This document shows positions 9,301 through 24,558 of a stretch of 64,000 nucleotides of DNA, one piece after another. A program made the position numbers and the translations under genes. A model generated the notes under the pieces. That model saw only the letters and a list, made by a program, of their open reading frames with translations. It was not told where the DNA came from and ran no database searches. Position 1 is the first letter of the stretch; each line of letters opens with the position of its first letter. Source of the stretch: Laetmonice hystrix (taxonomy: Eukaryota); NCBI GenBank assembly GCA_965235115.1, contig OZ249436.1, positions 43,092,001 through 43,156,000 on the forward strand, in the 5' to 3' direction.

Positions 9301-12300
9301 CTTACGGCCAGCGGTGGAATCACCACGTACACCTGGCCGGGCTGGCAGGCACCTGTGGCTCTGAGGCGAGAGACAGGTTAAAGCAATGATAAGCGAAAAA
9401 TGGCTACACTTTTGATACGTCAAATTGAAACTACGCCCCCAAAATTATTATTCTTAGGCCAGATGTATGACTGTGAAACGTATAGGTCTCGTACGTTCGC
9501 TACAGATATTTGGTTGTGATGTGTACACTTCCCATTTGAGTATCTTCTCCAGATTTTAACATTAGATGCTCGTCGCCTGTACCTTTCCTTTCCATTACCT
9601 CGCTGTAGAGTTTGCATGGCTACTATAGCCAGCAGGTAAGATGTATGGACTTCTCACTCTACTGGTTGGCCTCCCACACTGCTTGGCCCCACAGTGTACT
9701 GTTTGGCCTCACTGTACTCTTTGGCCTCATTGTAGTGTTCGCTTGCGTGCCAGGCCAGCCAGTATACCTTGTAGCGATTCTTCCCTGTACTGTTTGGCCT
9801 CCCTGTACCGTTTGCTTGTATACAAGAGTAGCTAGTAGTATAGGGACGCCTCATGTTTCATGTTTCCATGCCTTTATTGTCCAGGAGGCAGGCCATACGT
9901 TTCGTTTATCATCTACTCCCATCTAACCTGTGTCCCCTACAGACCATCTGTAAGCGTCCAAGAACGTTGTCAGGTCGTCCCAATGACTGTTTGCCGTAAA
10001 GGTTAATTAACAATGGGAAAATTGCGTTGTACGCCTTTTCTATATCAGATATCCCCTCCCCAAGTAACAAACAGACAAAGAAAGATTACACAGAGATGAA
10101 CATTGCAGGCAGAAAACACCAGTGTGCAGCGGTGCTGACTGCACTGCCGCCTTACGGCCAGCGGTGGAATCACCACGTACACCTGGCCGGGCTGGCAGGC
10201 ACCTGTGGCTCTGAGGCGAGAGACAGGTTAAAGCAATGATAAGCGAAAAATGGCTACATTTTTGATACGTCAAATTGAAACTACGCCCCAAAAATTATTA
10301 TTCTTAGGCCAGATGTATGACTGTGAAACGTATAGGTCTCGTACGTTCGCTACAGATATTTGGTTGTGATGTGTACACTTCCCATTTGAGTATCTTCTCC
10401 AGATTTTAACATTAGATGCTCCTCGCCTGTACCTTTCATTTCCATTACCTCGCTGTAGTGTTTGCATGGCTACTATAGACCAGCAGGTAAGATGTATGGA
10501 CTTCTCACTCTACTGGTTGGCCTCCCACACTGCTTGGCCCCACAGTGTACTGTTTGGCCTCACTGTACTCTTTGGCCTCATTGTAGTGTTCGCTTGCGTG
10601 CCAGGCCAGCCAGTATACCTTGTAGCAATTCTTCCCTGTACTGTTTGGCCTCCCTGTACGGTTTGCTTGTATACAAGAGTAGCTAGTAGTATAGGGACGC
10701 CTCATGTTTCATGTTCCCATGCCTTTATTGTCCAGGAGGCAGGCCATACGTTTCGTCTATCATCCACTCCCATCTAACCTGTGTCCCCTACAGACCATCT
10801 GTAAGCGTCCAAGAACGTTGTCAGGTCGTCCCAATGACTGTTTGCCGTAAAGGTTAATTAACAATGGGAAAATTGCGTTGTACGCCTTTTCTATATCAGA
10901 TATCCCCTCCCCAAGTAACAAACAGACAAAGAAAGATTACACAGAGATGAACATTGCAGGCAGAAAACACCAGGGTGCAGCGGTGCTGACTGCACTGCCG
11001 CCTTACGGCCAGCGGTGGAATCACCACGTACACCTGGCCGGGCTGGCAGGCACCTGTGGCTCTGAGGCGAGAGACAGGTTAAAGCAATGATAAGCGAAAA
11101 ATGGCTACACTTTTGATACGTCAAATTGAAACTACGCCCCCAAAATTATTATTCTTAGGCCAGATGTATGACTGTGAAACGTATAGGTCTCGTACGTTCG
11201 CTACAGATATTTGGTTGTGATGTGTACACTTCCCATTTGAGTATCTTCTCCAGATTTTAACATTAGATGCTCCTCGCCTGTACCTTTCATTTCCATTACC
11301 TCGCTGTAGTGTTTGCATGGCTACTATAGGCCAGCAGGTAAGATGTATGGACTTCTCACTCTACTGGTTGGCCTCCCACACTGCTTGGCACCACAGTGTA
11401 CTGTTTGGCCTCACTGTACTCTTTGGCCTCATTGTAGTGTTCGCTTGCGTGCCAGGCCAGCCAGTATACCTTGTAGCGATTCTTCCCTGTACTGTTTGGC
11501 CTCCCTGTACCGTTTGCTTGTATACAAGAGTAGCTAGTAGTATAGGGACGCCTCATGTTTCATGTTCCCATGCCTTTATTGTCCAGGAGGCAGGCCACAC
11601 GTTTCGTTTATCATCTACTCCCATCTAACCTGTGTCCCCTACAGACCATCTGTAAGCGTCCAAGAACGTTGTCAGGTCGTCCCAATGACTGTTTGCCGTA
11701 AAGGTTAATTAACAATGGGAAAATTGCGTTGTACGCCTTTTCTATATCAGATATCCTCTCCCCAAGTAACAAACAGACAAAGAAAGATTACACAGAGATG
11801 AACATTGCAGGCAGAAAACACCAGGGTGCAGCGGTGCTGACTGCACTGCCGCCTTACGGCCAGCGGTGGAATCACCACGTACACCTGGCCGGGCTGGCAG
11901 GCACCTGTGGCTCTGAGGCGAGAGACAGGTTAAAGCAATGATAAGCGAAAAATGGCTACACTTTTGATACGTCAAATTGAAACTACGCCCCCAAAATTAT
12001 TATTCTTAGGCCAGATGTATGACTGTGAAACGTATAGGTCTCGTACGTTCGCTACAGATATTTGGTTGTGATGTGTACACTTCCCATTTGAGTATCTTCT
12101 CCAGATTTTAACATTAGATGCTCGTCGCCTGTACCTTTCATTTCCATTACCTCGCTGTAGAGTTTGCATGGCTACTATAGGCCAGCAGGTAAGATGTATG
12201 GACTTCTCACTCTACTGGTTGGCCTCCCACACTGCTTGGCCCCACAGTGTACTGTTTGGCCTCACTCTACTCTTTGGCCTCACTGTAGTGTTCGCTGGCG

Positions 12301-15300
12301 TGCCAGGCCAGCCAGTATACCTTGTAGCGATTCTTCCCTGTACTGTTTGGCCTCCCTGTACCGTTTGCTTGTATACAAGAGTAGCTAGTAGTATAGGGAC
12401 GCCTCATGTTTCATGTTTCCATGCCTTTATTGTCCAGGAGGCAGGCCATACGTTTCGTTTATCATCTACTCCCATCTAACCTGTGTCCCCTACAGACCAT
12501 CTGTAAGCGTCCAAGAACGTTGTCAGGTCGTCCCAATGACTGTTTGCCGTAAAGGTTAATTAACAATGGGAAAATTGCGTTGTACGCCTTTTCTATATCA
12601 GATATCCCCTCCCCAAGTAACAAACAGACAAAGAAAGATTACACAGAGATGAACATTGCAGGCAGAAAACACCAGGGTGCAGCGGTGCTGACTGCACTGC
12701 CGCCTTACGGTCAGCAGTGGAATCACCACGTACACCTGGCGGGGCTGGCAGGCACCTGTGGCTCTGAGGCGAGAGACAGGTTAAAGCAATGATAAGCGAA
12801 AAATGGCTACACTTTTGATACTTCAAATTGATACTACGCCCCCAAAATTATTATTCTTAGGCCAGATGTATGACTGTGAAACGTATAGGTCTCGTACGTT
12901 CGCTACAGATATTTGGTTGTGATGTGTACACTTCCCATTTGAGTATCTTCTCCAGATTTTAACATTAGATGCTCCTCACCTGTACCTTTCATTTCCATTA
13001 CCTCGCTGTAGTGTTTGCATGGCTACTATAGGCCAGCAGGTAAGATGTAGGGACTTCTCACTCTACTGGTTGGCCTCCCACACTGCTTGGCCCCACAGTG
13101 TACTGTTTGGCCTCACTGTACTCTTTGGCCTCATTGTAGTGTTCGCTTGCGTGCCAGGCCAGCCAGTATACCTTGTAGCGATTCTTCCCTGTACTGTTTG
13201 GCCTCCCTGTACCGTTTGCTTGTATACAAGAGTAGCTAGTAGTATAGGGACGCCTCATGTTTCATGTTCCCATGCCTTTATTGTCCAGGAGGCAGGCCAC
13301 ACGTTTCGTTTATCATCTACTCCCATCTAACCTGTGTCCCCTACAGACCATCTGTAAGCGTCCAAGAACGTTGTCAGGTCGTCCCAATGACTGTTTGCCG
13401 TAAAGGTTAATTAACAATGGGAAAATTGCGTTGTACGCCTTTTCTATATCAGATATCCTCTCCCCAAGTAACAAACAGACAAAGAAAGATTACACAGAGA
13501 TGAACATTGCAGGCAGAAAACACCAGGGTGCAGCGGTGCTGACTGCACTGCCGCCTTACGGCCAGCGGTGGAATCACCACGTACACCTGGCCGGGCTGGC
13601 AGGCACCTGTGGCTCTGAGGCGAGAGACAGGTTAAAGCAATGATAAGCGAAAAATGGCTACACTTTTGATACGTCAAATTGAAACTACGCCCCCAAAATT
13701 ATTATTCTTAGGCCAGATGTATGACTGTGAAACGTATAGGTCTCGTACGTTCGCTACAGATATTTGGTTGTGATGTGTACACTTCCCATTTGAGTATCTT
13801 CTCCAGATTTTAACATTAGATGCTCGTCGCCTGTACCTTTCATTTCCATTACCTCGCTGTAGAGTTTGCATGGCTACTATAGGCCAGCAGGTAAGATGTA
13901 TGGACTTCTCACTCTACTGGTTGGCCTCCCACACTGCTTGGCCCCACAGTGTACTGTTTGGCCTCACTCTACTCTTTGGCCTCACTGTAGTGTTCGCTGG
14001 CGTGCCAGGCCAGCCAGTATACCTTGTAGCGATTCTTCCCTGTACTGTTTGGCCTCCCTGTACCGTTTGCTTGTATACAAGAGTAGCTAGTAGTATAGGG
14101 ACGCCTCATGTTTCATGTTTCCATGCCTTTATTGTCCAGGAGGCAGGCCATACGTTTCGTTTATCATCTACTCCCATCTAACCTGTGTCCCCTACAGACC
14201 ATCTGTAAGCGTCCAAGAACGTTGTCAGGTCGTCCCAATGACTGTTTGCCGTAAAGGTTAATTAACAATGGGAAAATTGCGTTGTACGCCTTTTCTATAT
14301 CAGATATCCCCTCCCCAAGTAACAAACAGACAAAGAAAGATTACACAGAGATGAACATTGCAGGCAGAAAACACCAGGGTGCAGCGGTGCTGACTGCACT
14401 GCCGCCTTACGGTCAGCAGTGGAATCACCACGTACACCTGGCGGGGCTGGCAGGCACCTGTGGCTCTGAGGCGAGAGACAGGTTAAAGCAATGATAAGCG
14501 AAAAATGGCTACACTTTTGATACTTCAAATTGATACTACGCCCCCAAAATTATTATTCTTAGGCCAGATGTATGACTGTGAAACGTATAGGTCTCGTACG
14601 TTCGCTACAGATATTTGGTTGTGATGTGTACACTTCCCATTTGAGTATCTTCTCCAGATTTTAACATTAGATGCTCCTCACCTGTACCTTTCATTTCCAT
14701 TACCTCGCTGTAGTGTTTGCATGGCTACTATAGGCCAGCAGGTAAGATGTAGGGACTTCTCACTCTACTGGTTGGCCTCCCACACTGCTTGGCCCCACAG
14801 TGTACTGTTTGGCCTCACTGTACTCTTTGGCCTCATTGTAGTGTTCGCTTGCGTGCCAGGCCAGCCAGTATACCTTGTAGCGATTCTTCCCTGTACTGTT
14901 TGGCCTCCCTGTACCGTTTGCTTGTATACAAGAGTAGCTAGTAGTATAGGGACGCCTCATGTTTCATGTTCCCATGCCTTTATTGTCCAGGAGGCAGGCC
15001 ACACGTTTCGTTTATCATCTACTCCCATCTAACCTGTGTCCCCTACAGACCATCTGTAAGCGTCCAAGAACGTTGTCAGGTCGTCCCAATGACTGTTTGC
15101 CGTAAAGGTTAATTAACAATGGGAAAATTGCGTTGTACGCCTTTTCTATATCAGATATCCTCTCCCCAAGTAACAAACAGACAAAGAAAGATTACACAGA
15201 GATGAACATTGCAGGCAGAAAACACCAGGGTACAGCGGTGCTGACTGCACTGCCGCCTTACGGCCAGCGGTGGAATCACCACGTACACCTGGCCGGGCTG

Positions 15301-18300
15301 GCAGGCACCTGTGGCTCTGAGGCGAGAGACAGGTTAAAGCAATGATAAGCGAAAAATGGCTACACTTTTGATACGTCAAATTGAAACTACGCCCCCAAAA
15401 TTATTATTCTTAGGCCAGATGTATGACTGTGAAACGTATAGGTCTCGTACGTTCGCTACAGATATTTGGTTGTGATGTGTACACTTCCCATTTGAGTATC
15501 TTCTCCAGATTTTAACATTAGATGCTCCTCGCCTGTACCTTTCATTTCCATTACCTCGCTGTAGTGTTTGCATGGCTACTATAGGCCAGCAGGTAAGATG
15601 TATGGACTTCTCACTCTACTGGTTGGCCTCCCACACTGCTTGGCACCACAGTGTACTGTTTGGCCTCACTGTACTCTTTGGCCTCATTGTAGTGTTCGCT
15701 TGCGTGCCAGGCCAGCCAGTATACCTTGTAGCGATTCTTCCCTGTACTGTTTGGCCTCCCTGTACCGTTTGCTTGTATACAAGAGTAGCTAGTAGTATAG
15801 GGACGCCTCATGTTTCATGTTCCCATGCCTTTATTGTCCAGGAGGCAGGCCACACGTTTCGTTTATCATCTACTCCCATCTAACCTGTGTCCCCTACAGA
15901 CCATCTGTAAGCGTCCAAGAACGTTGTCAGGTCGTCCCAATGACTGTTTGCCGTAAAGGTTAATTAACAATGGGAAAATTGCGTTGTACGCCTTTTCTAT
16001 ATCAGATATCCTCTCCCCAAGTAACAAACAGACAAAGAAAGATTACACAGAGATGAACATTGCAGGCAGAAAACACCAGGGTGCAGCGGTGCTGACTGCA
16101 CTGCCGCCTTACGGCCAGCGGTGGAATCACCACGTACACCTGGCCGGGCTGGCAGGCACCTGTGGCTCTGAGGCGAGAGACAGGTTAAAGCAATGATAAG
16201 CGAAAAATGGCTACACTTTTGATACGTCAAATTGAAACTACGCCCCCAAAATTATTATTCTTAGGCCAGATGTATGACTGTGAAACGTATAGGTCTCGTA
16301 CGTTCGCTACAAATATTTGGTTGTGATGTGTACACTTCCCATTTGAGTATCTTCTCCAGATTTTAACATTAGATGCTCGTCGCCTGTACCTTTCATTTCC
16401 ATTACCTCGCTGTAGAGTTTGCATGGCTACTATAGGCCAGCAGGTAAGATGTATGGACTTCTCACTCTACTGGTTGGCCTCCCACACTGCTTGGCCCCAC
16501 AGTGTACTGTTTGGCCTCACTCTACTCTTTGGCCTCACTGTAGTGTTCGCTGGCGTGCCAGGCCAGCCAGTATACCTTGTAGCGATTCTTCCCTGTACTG
16601 TTTGGCCTCCCTGTACCGTTTGCTTGTATACAAGAGTAGCTAGTAGTATAGGGACGCCTCATGTTTCATGTTTCCATGCCTTTATTGTCCAGGAGGCAGG
16701 CCATACGTTTCGTTTATCATCTACTCCCATCTAACCTGTGTCCCCTACAGACCATCTGTAAGCGTCCAAGAACGTTGTCAGGTCGTCCCAATGACTGTTT
16801 GCCCTAAAGGTTAATTAACAATGGGAAAATTGCGTTGTACGCCTTTTCTATATCAGATATCCCCTCCCCAAGTAACAAACAGACAAAGAAAGATTACACA
16901 GAGATGAACATTGCAGGCAGAAAACACCAGGGTGCAGCGGTGCTGACTGCACTGCCGCCTTACGGTCAGCAGTGGAATCACCACGTACACCTGGCGGGGC
17001 TGGCAGGCACCTGTGGCTCTGAGGCGAGAGACAGGTTAAAGCAATGATAAGCGAAAAATGGCTACACTTTTGATACTTCAAATTGATACTACGCCCCCAA
17101 AATTATTATTCTTAGGCCAGATGTATGACTGTGAAACGTATAGGTCTCGTACGTTCGCTACAGATATTTGGTTGTGATGTGTACACTTCCCATTTGAGTA
17201 TCTTCTCCAGATTTTAACATTAGATGCTCCTCACCTGTACCTTTCATTTCCATTACCTCGCTGTAGAGTTTGCATGGCTACTATAGGCCAGCAGGTAAGA
17301 TGTAGGGACTTCTCACTCTACTGGTTGGCCTCCCACACTGCTTGGCCCCACAGTGTACTGTTTGGCCTCACTGTACTCTTTGGCCTCATTGTAGTGTTCG
17401 CTTGCGTGCCAGGCCAGCCAGTATACCTTGTAGCGATTCTTCCCTGTACTGTTTGGCCTCCCTGTACCGTTTGCTTGTATACAAGAGTAGCTAGTAGTAT
17501 AGGGACGCCTCATGTTTCATGTTTCCATGCCTTTATTGTCCAGGAGGCAGGCCATACGTTTCGTTTATCATCTACTCCCATCTAACCTGTGTCCCCTACA
17601 AACCATCTGTAAGCGTCCAAGAACGTTGTCAGGTCGTCCCAATGACTGTTTGCCGTAAAGGTTAATTAACAATGGGAAAATTGCGTTGTACGCCTTTTCT
17701 ATATCAGATATCCCCTCCCCAAGTAACAAACAGACAAAGAAAGATTACACAGAGATGAACATTGCAGGCAGAAAACACCAGGGTGCAGCGGTGCTGACTG
17801 CACTGCCGCCTTACGGCCAGCGGTGGAATCACCACGTACACCTGGCCGGGCTGGCAGGCACCAGGTCCTGTGGCTCTGAGGTGAGAGACAGGTTAAAGCA
17901 ATGATAAGCGAAAAATGGCTACACTTTTGATACGTCAAATTGAAACTATGCCCCCAAAATTATTATTCTTAGGCCAGATGTATGGCTGTGAAACGTATAG
18001 GTCTCGTACGTTCGCTACAGATATTTGGTTGTGATGTGTACACTTCCCATTTGAGTATCTTCTCCAGATTTTAACATTAGATGCTCCTCGCCTGTACCTT
18101 TCATTTCCATTACCTCGCTGTAGTGTTTGCATGGCTACTATAGGCCAGCAGGTAAGATGTATGGACTTCTCACTCTACTGGTTGGCCTCCCACACTGCTT
18201 GGCACCACAGTGTACTGTTTGGCCTCACTGTACTCTTTGGCCTCATTGTAGTGTTCGCTTGCGTGCCAGGCCAGCCAGTATACCTTGTAGCGATTCTTCC

Positions 18301-21300
18301 CTGTACTGTTTGGCCTCCCTGTACCGTTTGCTTGTATACAAGAGTAGCTAGTAGTATAGGGACGCCTCATGTTTCATGTTCCCATGCCTTTATTGTCCAG
18401 GAGGCAGGCCACACGTTTCGTTTATCATCTACTCCCATCTAACCTGTGTCCCCTACAGACCATCTGTAAGCGTCCAAGAACGTTGTCAGGTCGTCCCAAT
18501 GACTGTTTGCCGTAAAGGTTAATTAACAATGGGAAAATTGCGTTGTACGCCTTTTCTATATCAGATATCCCCTCCCCAAGTAACAAACAGACAAAGAAAG
18601 ATTACACAGAGATGAACATTGCAGGCAGAAAACACCAGGGTGCAGCGGTGCTGACTGCACTGCCGCCTTACGGTCAGCAGTGGAATCACCACGTACACCT
18701 GGCGGGGCTGGCAGGCACCTGTGGCTCTGAGGCGAGAGACAGGTTAAAGCAATGATAAGCGAAAAATGGCTACACTTTTGATACTTCAAATTGATACTAC
18801 GCCCCCAAAATTATTATTCTTAGGCCAGATGTATGACTGTGAAACGTATAGGTCTCGTACGTTCGCTACAGATATTTGGTTGTGATGTGTACACTTCCCA
18901 TTTGAGTATCTTCTCCAGATTTTAACATTAGATGCTCCTCACCTGTACCTTTCATTTCCATTACCTCGCTGTAGTGTTTGCATGGCTACTATAGGCCAGC
19001 AGGTAAGATGTAGGGACTTCTCACTCTACTGGTTGGCCTCCCACACTGCTTGGCCCCACAGTGTACTGTTTGGCCTCACTGTACTCTTTGGCCTCATTGT
19101 AGTGTTCGCTTGCGTGCCAGGCCAGCCAGTATACCTTGTAGCGATTCTTCCCTGTACTGTTTGGCCTCCCTGTACCGTTTGCTTGTATACAAGAGTAGCT
19201 AGTAGTATAGGGACGCCTCATGTTTCATGTTCCCATGCCTTTATTGTCCAGGAGGCAGGCCACACGTTTCGTTTATCATCTACTCCCATCTAACCTGTGT
19301 CCCCTACAGACCATCTGTAAGCGTCCAAGAACGTTGTCAGGTCGTCCCAATGACTGTTTGCCGTAAAGGTTAATTAACAATGGGAAAATTGCGTTGTACG
19401 CCTTTTCTATATCAGATATCCTCTCCCCAAGTAACAAACAGACAAAGAAAGATTACACAGAGATGAACATTGCAGGCAGAAAACACCAGGGTGCAGCGGT
19501 GCTGACTGCACTGCCGCCTTACGGCCAGCGGTGGAATCACCACGTACACCTGGCCGGGCTGGCAGGCACCTGTGGCTCTGAGGCGAGAGACAGGTTAAAG
19601 CAATGATAAGCGAAAAATGGCTACACTTTTGATACGTCAAATTGAAACTACGCCCCCAAAATTATTATTCTTAGGCCAGATGTATGACTGTGAAACGTAT
19701 AGGTCTCGTACGTTCGCTACAGATATTTGGTTGTGATGTGTACACTTCCCATTTGAGTATCTTCTCCAGATTTTAACATTAGATGCTCGTCGCCTGTACC
19801 TTTCATTTCCATTACCTCGCTGTAGAGTTTGCATGGCTACTATAGGCCAGCAGGTAAGATGTATGGACTTCTCACTCTACTGGTTGGCCTCCCACACTGC
19901 TTGGCCCCACAGTGTACTGTTTGGCCTCACTCTACTCTTTGGCCTCACTGTAGTGTTCGCTGGCGTGCCAGGCCAGCCAGTATACCTTGTAGCGATTCTT
20001 CCCTGTACTGTTTGGCCTCCCTGTACCGTTTGCTTGTATACAAGAGTAGCTAGTAGTATAGGGACGCCTCATGTTTCATGTTTCCATGCCTTTATTGTCC
20101 AGGAGGCAGGCCATACGTTTCGTTTATCATCTACTCCCATCTAACCTGTGTCCCCTACAGACCATCTGTAAGCGTCCAAGAACGTTGTCAGGTCGTCCCA
20201 ATGACTGTTTGCCGTAAAGGTTAATTAACAATGGGAAAATTGCGTTGTACGCCTTTTCTATATCAGATATCCCCTCCCCAAGTAACAAACAGACAAAGAA
20301 AGATTACACAGAGATGAACATTGCAGGCAGAAAACACCAGTGTGCAGCGGTGCTGACTGCACTGCCGCCTTACGGCCAGCGGTGGAATCACCACGTACAC
20401 CTGGCCGGGCTGGCAGGCACCTGTGGCTCTGAGGCGAGAGACAGGTTAAAGCAATGATAAGCGAAAAATGGCTACACTTTTGATACGTCAAATTGAAACT
20501 ACGCCCCCAAAATTATTATTCTTAGGCCAGATGTATGACTGTGAAACGTATAGGTCTCGTACGTTCGCTACAGATATTTGGTTGTGATGTGTACACTTCC
20601 CATTTGAGTATCTTCTCCAGATTTTAACATTAAATGCTCCTCGCCTGTACCTTTCATTTCCATTACCTCGCTGTAGTGTTTGCATGGCTACTATAGACCA
20701 GCAGGTAAGATGTATGGACTTCTCACTCTACTGGTTGGCCTCCCACACTGCTTGGCCCCACAGTGTACTGTTTGGCCTCACTGTACTCTTTGGCCTCATT
20801 GTAGTGTTCGCTTGCGTGCCAGGCCAGCCAGTATACCTTGTAGCAATTCTTCCCTGTACTGTTTGGCCTCCCTGTACCGTTTGCTTGTATACAAGAGTAG
20901 CTAGTAGTATAGGGACGCCTCATGTTTCATGTTTCCATGCCTTTATTGTCCAGGAGGCAGGCCATACGTTTCATTTATCATCTACTCCCATCTAACCTGT
21001 GTCCCCTACAAACCATCTGTAAGCGTCCAAGAACGTTGTCAGGTCGTCCCAATGACTGTTTGCCGTAAAGGTTAATTAACAATGGGAAAATTGCGTTGTA
21101 CGCCTTTTCTATATCAGATATCCCCTCCCCAAGTAACAAACAGACAAAGAAAGATTACACAGAGATGAACATTGCAGGCAGAAAACACCAGGGTGCAGCG
21201 GTGCTGACTGCACTGCCGCCTTACGGCCAGCGGTGGAATCACCACGTACACCTGGCCGGGCTGGCAGGCACCTGTGGCTCTGAGGCGAGAGACAGGTTAA

Positions 21301-24300
21301 AGCAATGATAAGCGAAAAATGGCTACACTTTTGATACGTCAAATTGAAACTACGCCCCCAAAATTATTATTCTTAGGCCAGATGTATGACTGTGAAACGT
21401 ATAGGTCTCGTACGTTCGCTACAGATATTTGGTTGTGATGTGTACACTTCCCATTTGAGTATCTTCTCCAGATTTTAACATTAGATGCTCGTCGCCTGTA
21501 CCTTTCATTTCCATTACCTTGGTGTAGAGTTTGCATGGCTACTATAGGCCAGCAGGTAAGATGTATGGACTTCTCACTCTACTGGTTGGCCTCCCACACT
21601 GCTTGGCCCCACAGTGTACTGTTTGGCCTCACTCTACTCTTTGGCCTCACTGTAGTGTTCGCTGGCGTGCCAGGCCAGCCAGTATACCTTGTAGCGATTC
21701 TTCCCTGTACTGTTTGGCCTCCCTGTACCGTTTGCTTGTATACAAGAGTAGCTAGTAGTATAGGGACGCCTCATGTTTCATGTTTCCATGCCTTTATTGT
21801 CCAGGAGGCAGGCCATACGTTTCGTTTATCATCTACTCCCATCTAACCTGTGTCCCCTACAGACCATCTGTAAGCGTCCAAGAACGTTGTCAGGTCGTCC
21901 CAATGACTGTTTGCCGTAAAGGTTAATTAACAATGGGAAAATTGCGTTGTACGCCTTTTCTATATCAGATATCCCCTCCCCAAGTAACAAACAGACAAAG
22001 AAAGATTACACAGAGATGAACATTGCAGGCAGAAAACACCAGGGTGCAGCGGTGCTGACTGCACTGCCGCCTTACGGTCAGCAGTGGAATCACCACGTAC
22101 ACCTGGCGGGGCTGGCAGGCACCTGTGGCTCTGAGGCGAGAGACAGGTTAAAGCAATGATAAGCGAAAAATGGCTACACTTTTGATACTTCAAATTGATA
22201 CTACGCCCCCAAAATTATTATTCTTAGGCCAGATGTATGACTGTGAAACGTATAGGTCTCGTACGTTCGCTACAGATATTTGGTTGTGATGTGTACACTT
22301 CCCATTTGAGTATCTTCTCCAGATTTTAACATTAGATGCTCCTCACCTGTACCTTTCATTTCCATTACCTCGCTGTAGTGTTTGCATGGCTACTATAGGC
22401 CAGCAGGTAAGATGTAGGGACTTCTCACTCTACTGGTTGGCCTCCCACACTGCTTGGCCCCACAGTGTACTGTTTGGCCTCACTGTACTCTTTGGCCTCA
22501 TTGTAGTGTTCGCTTGCGTGCCAGGCCAGCCAGTATACCTTGTAGCGATTCTTCCCTGTACTGTTTGGCCTCCCTGTACCGTTTGCTTGTATACAAGAGT
22601 AGCTAGTAGTATAGGGACGCCTCATGTTTCATGTTCCCATGCCTTTATTGTCCAGGAAGCAGGCCACACGTTTCGTTTATCATCTACTCCCATCTAACCT
22701 GTGTCCCCTACAGACCATCTGTAAGCGTCCAAGAACGTTGTCAGGTCGTCCCAATGACTGTTTGCCGTAAAGGTTAATTAACAATGGGAAAATTGCGTTG
22801 TACGCCTTTTCTATATCAGATATCCTCTCCCCAAGTAACAAACAGACAAAGAAAGATTACACAGAGATGAACATTGCAGGCAGAAAACACCAGTGTGCAG
22901 CGGTGCTGACTGCACTGCCGCCTTACGGCCAGCGGTGGAATCACCACGTACACCTGGCCGGGCTGGCAGGCACCTGTGGCTCTGAGGCGAGAGACAGGTT
23001 AAAGCAATGATAAGCGAAAAATGGCTACATTTTTGATACGTCAAATTGAAACTACGCCCCAAAAATTATTATTCTTAGGCCAGATGTATGACTGTGAAAC
23101 GTATAGGTCTCGTACGTTCGCTACAGATATTTGGTTGTGATGTGTACACTTCCCATTTGAGTATCTTCTCCAGATTTTAACATTAGATGCTCCTCACCTG
23201 TACCTTTCATTTCCATTACCTCGCTGTAGTGTTTGCATGGCTACTATAGGCCAGCAGGTAAGATGTAGGGACTTCTCACTCTACTGGTTGGCCTCCCACA
23301 CTGCTTGGCCCCACAGTGTACTGTTTGGCCTCACTGTACTCTTTGGCCTCATTGTAGTGTTCGCTTGCGGGCCAGGCCAGCCAGTATACCTTGTAGCGAT
23401 TCTTCCCTGTACTGTTTGGCCTCCCTGTACCGTTTGCTTGTATACAAGAGTAGCTAGTAGTATAGGGACGCCTCATGTTTCATGTTCGCATGCCTTTATT
23501 GTCCAGGAGGCAGGCCATACGTTTCGTTTATCATCTACTCCCATCTAACCTGTGTCCCCTACAGACCATCTGTAAGCGTCCAAGAACGTTGTCAGGTCGT
23601 CCCAATGACTGTTTGCCGTAAAGGTTAATTAACAATGGGAAAATTGCGTTGTACGCCTTTTCTATATCAGATATCCCCTCCCCAAGTAACAAACAGACAA
23701 AGAAAGATTACACAGAGATGAACATTGCAGGCAGAAAACACCAGGGTGCAGCGGTGCTGACTGCACTGCCGCCTTACGGCCAGCGGTGGAATCACCACGT
23801 ACACCTGGCCGGGCTGGCAGGCACCTGTGGCTCTGAGGCGAGAGACAGGTTAAAGCAATGATAAGCGAAAAATGGCTACACTTTTGATACGTCAAATTGA
23901 AACTACGCCCCAAAAATTATTATTCTTAGGCCAGATGTATGACTGTGAAACGTATAGGTCTCGTACGTTCGCTACAGATATTTGGTTGCGATATGTACAC
24001 TTCCCATTTGAATATCTTCTCCAGATTTTAACATTAGATGCTCCTCGCCTGTACCTTTCATTTCCATTACCTCGCTGTAGAGTTTGCATGGCTACTATAG
24101 GCCAGCAGGTAAGATGTATGGACTTCTCACTCTACTGGTTGGCCTCCCACACTGCTTGGCCCCACAGTGTACTGTTTGGCCTCACTGTACTCTTTGGCCT
24201 CATTGTAGTGTTCGCTTGCGTGCCAGGCCAGCCAGTATACCTTGTAGCGATTCTTCCCTGTACTGTTTGGCCTCCCTGTACCGTTTGCTTGTATACAAGA

Positions 24301-24558
24301 GTAGCTAGTAGTATAGGGACGCCTCATGTTTCATGTTTCCATGCCTTTATTGTCCAGGAGGCAGGCCATACGTTTCGTTTATCATCTACTCCCATCTAAC
24401 CTGTGTCCCCTACAAACCATCTGTAAGCGTCCAAGAACGTTGTCAGGTCGTCCCAATGACTGTTTGCCGTAAAGGTTAATTAACAATGGGAAAATTGCGT
24501 TGTACGCCTTTTCTATATCAGATATCCCCTCCCCAAGTAACAAACAGACAAAGAAAGA
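6362..24558. repeat. 851-bp satellite tandem array, left segment (~21.4 monomers, head-to-tail)
   Basis: Strict 851-bp period (e.g. anchor positions 6624, 7475, 8326, 9177 … 23649, 24500). One 850-bp and one 857-bp unit; only scattered SNPs between units. Confidence 0.99.
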
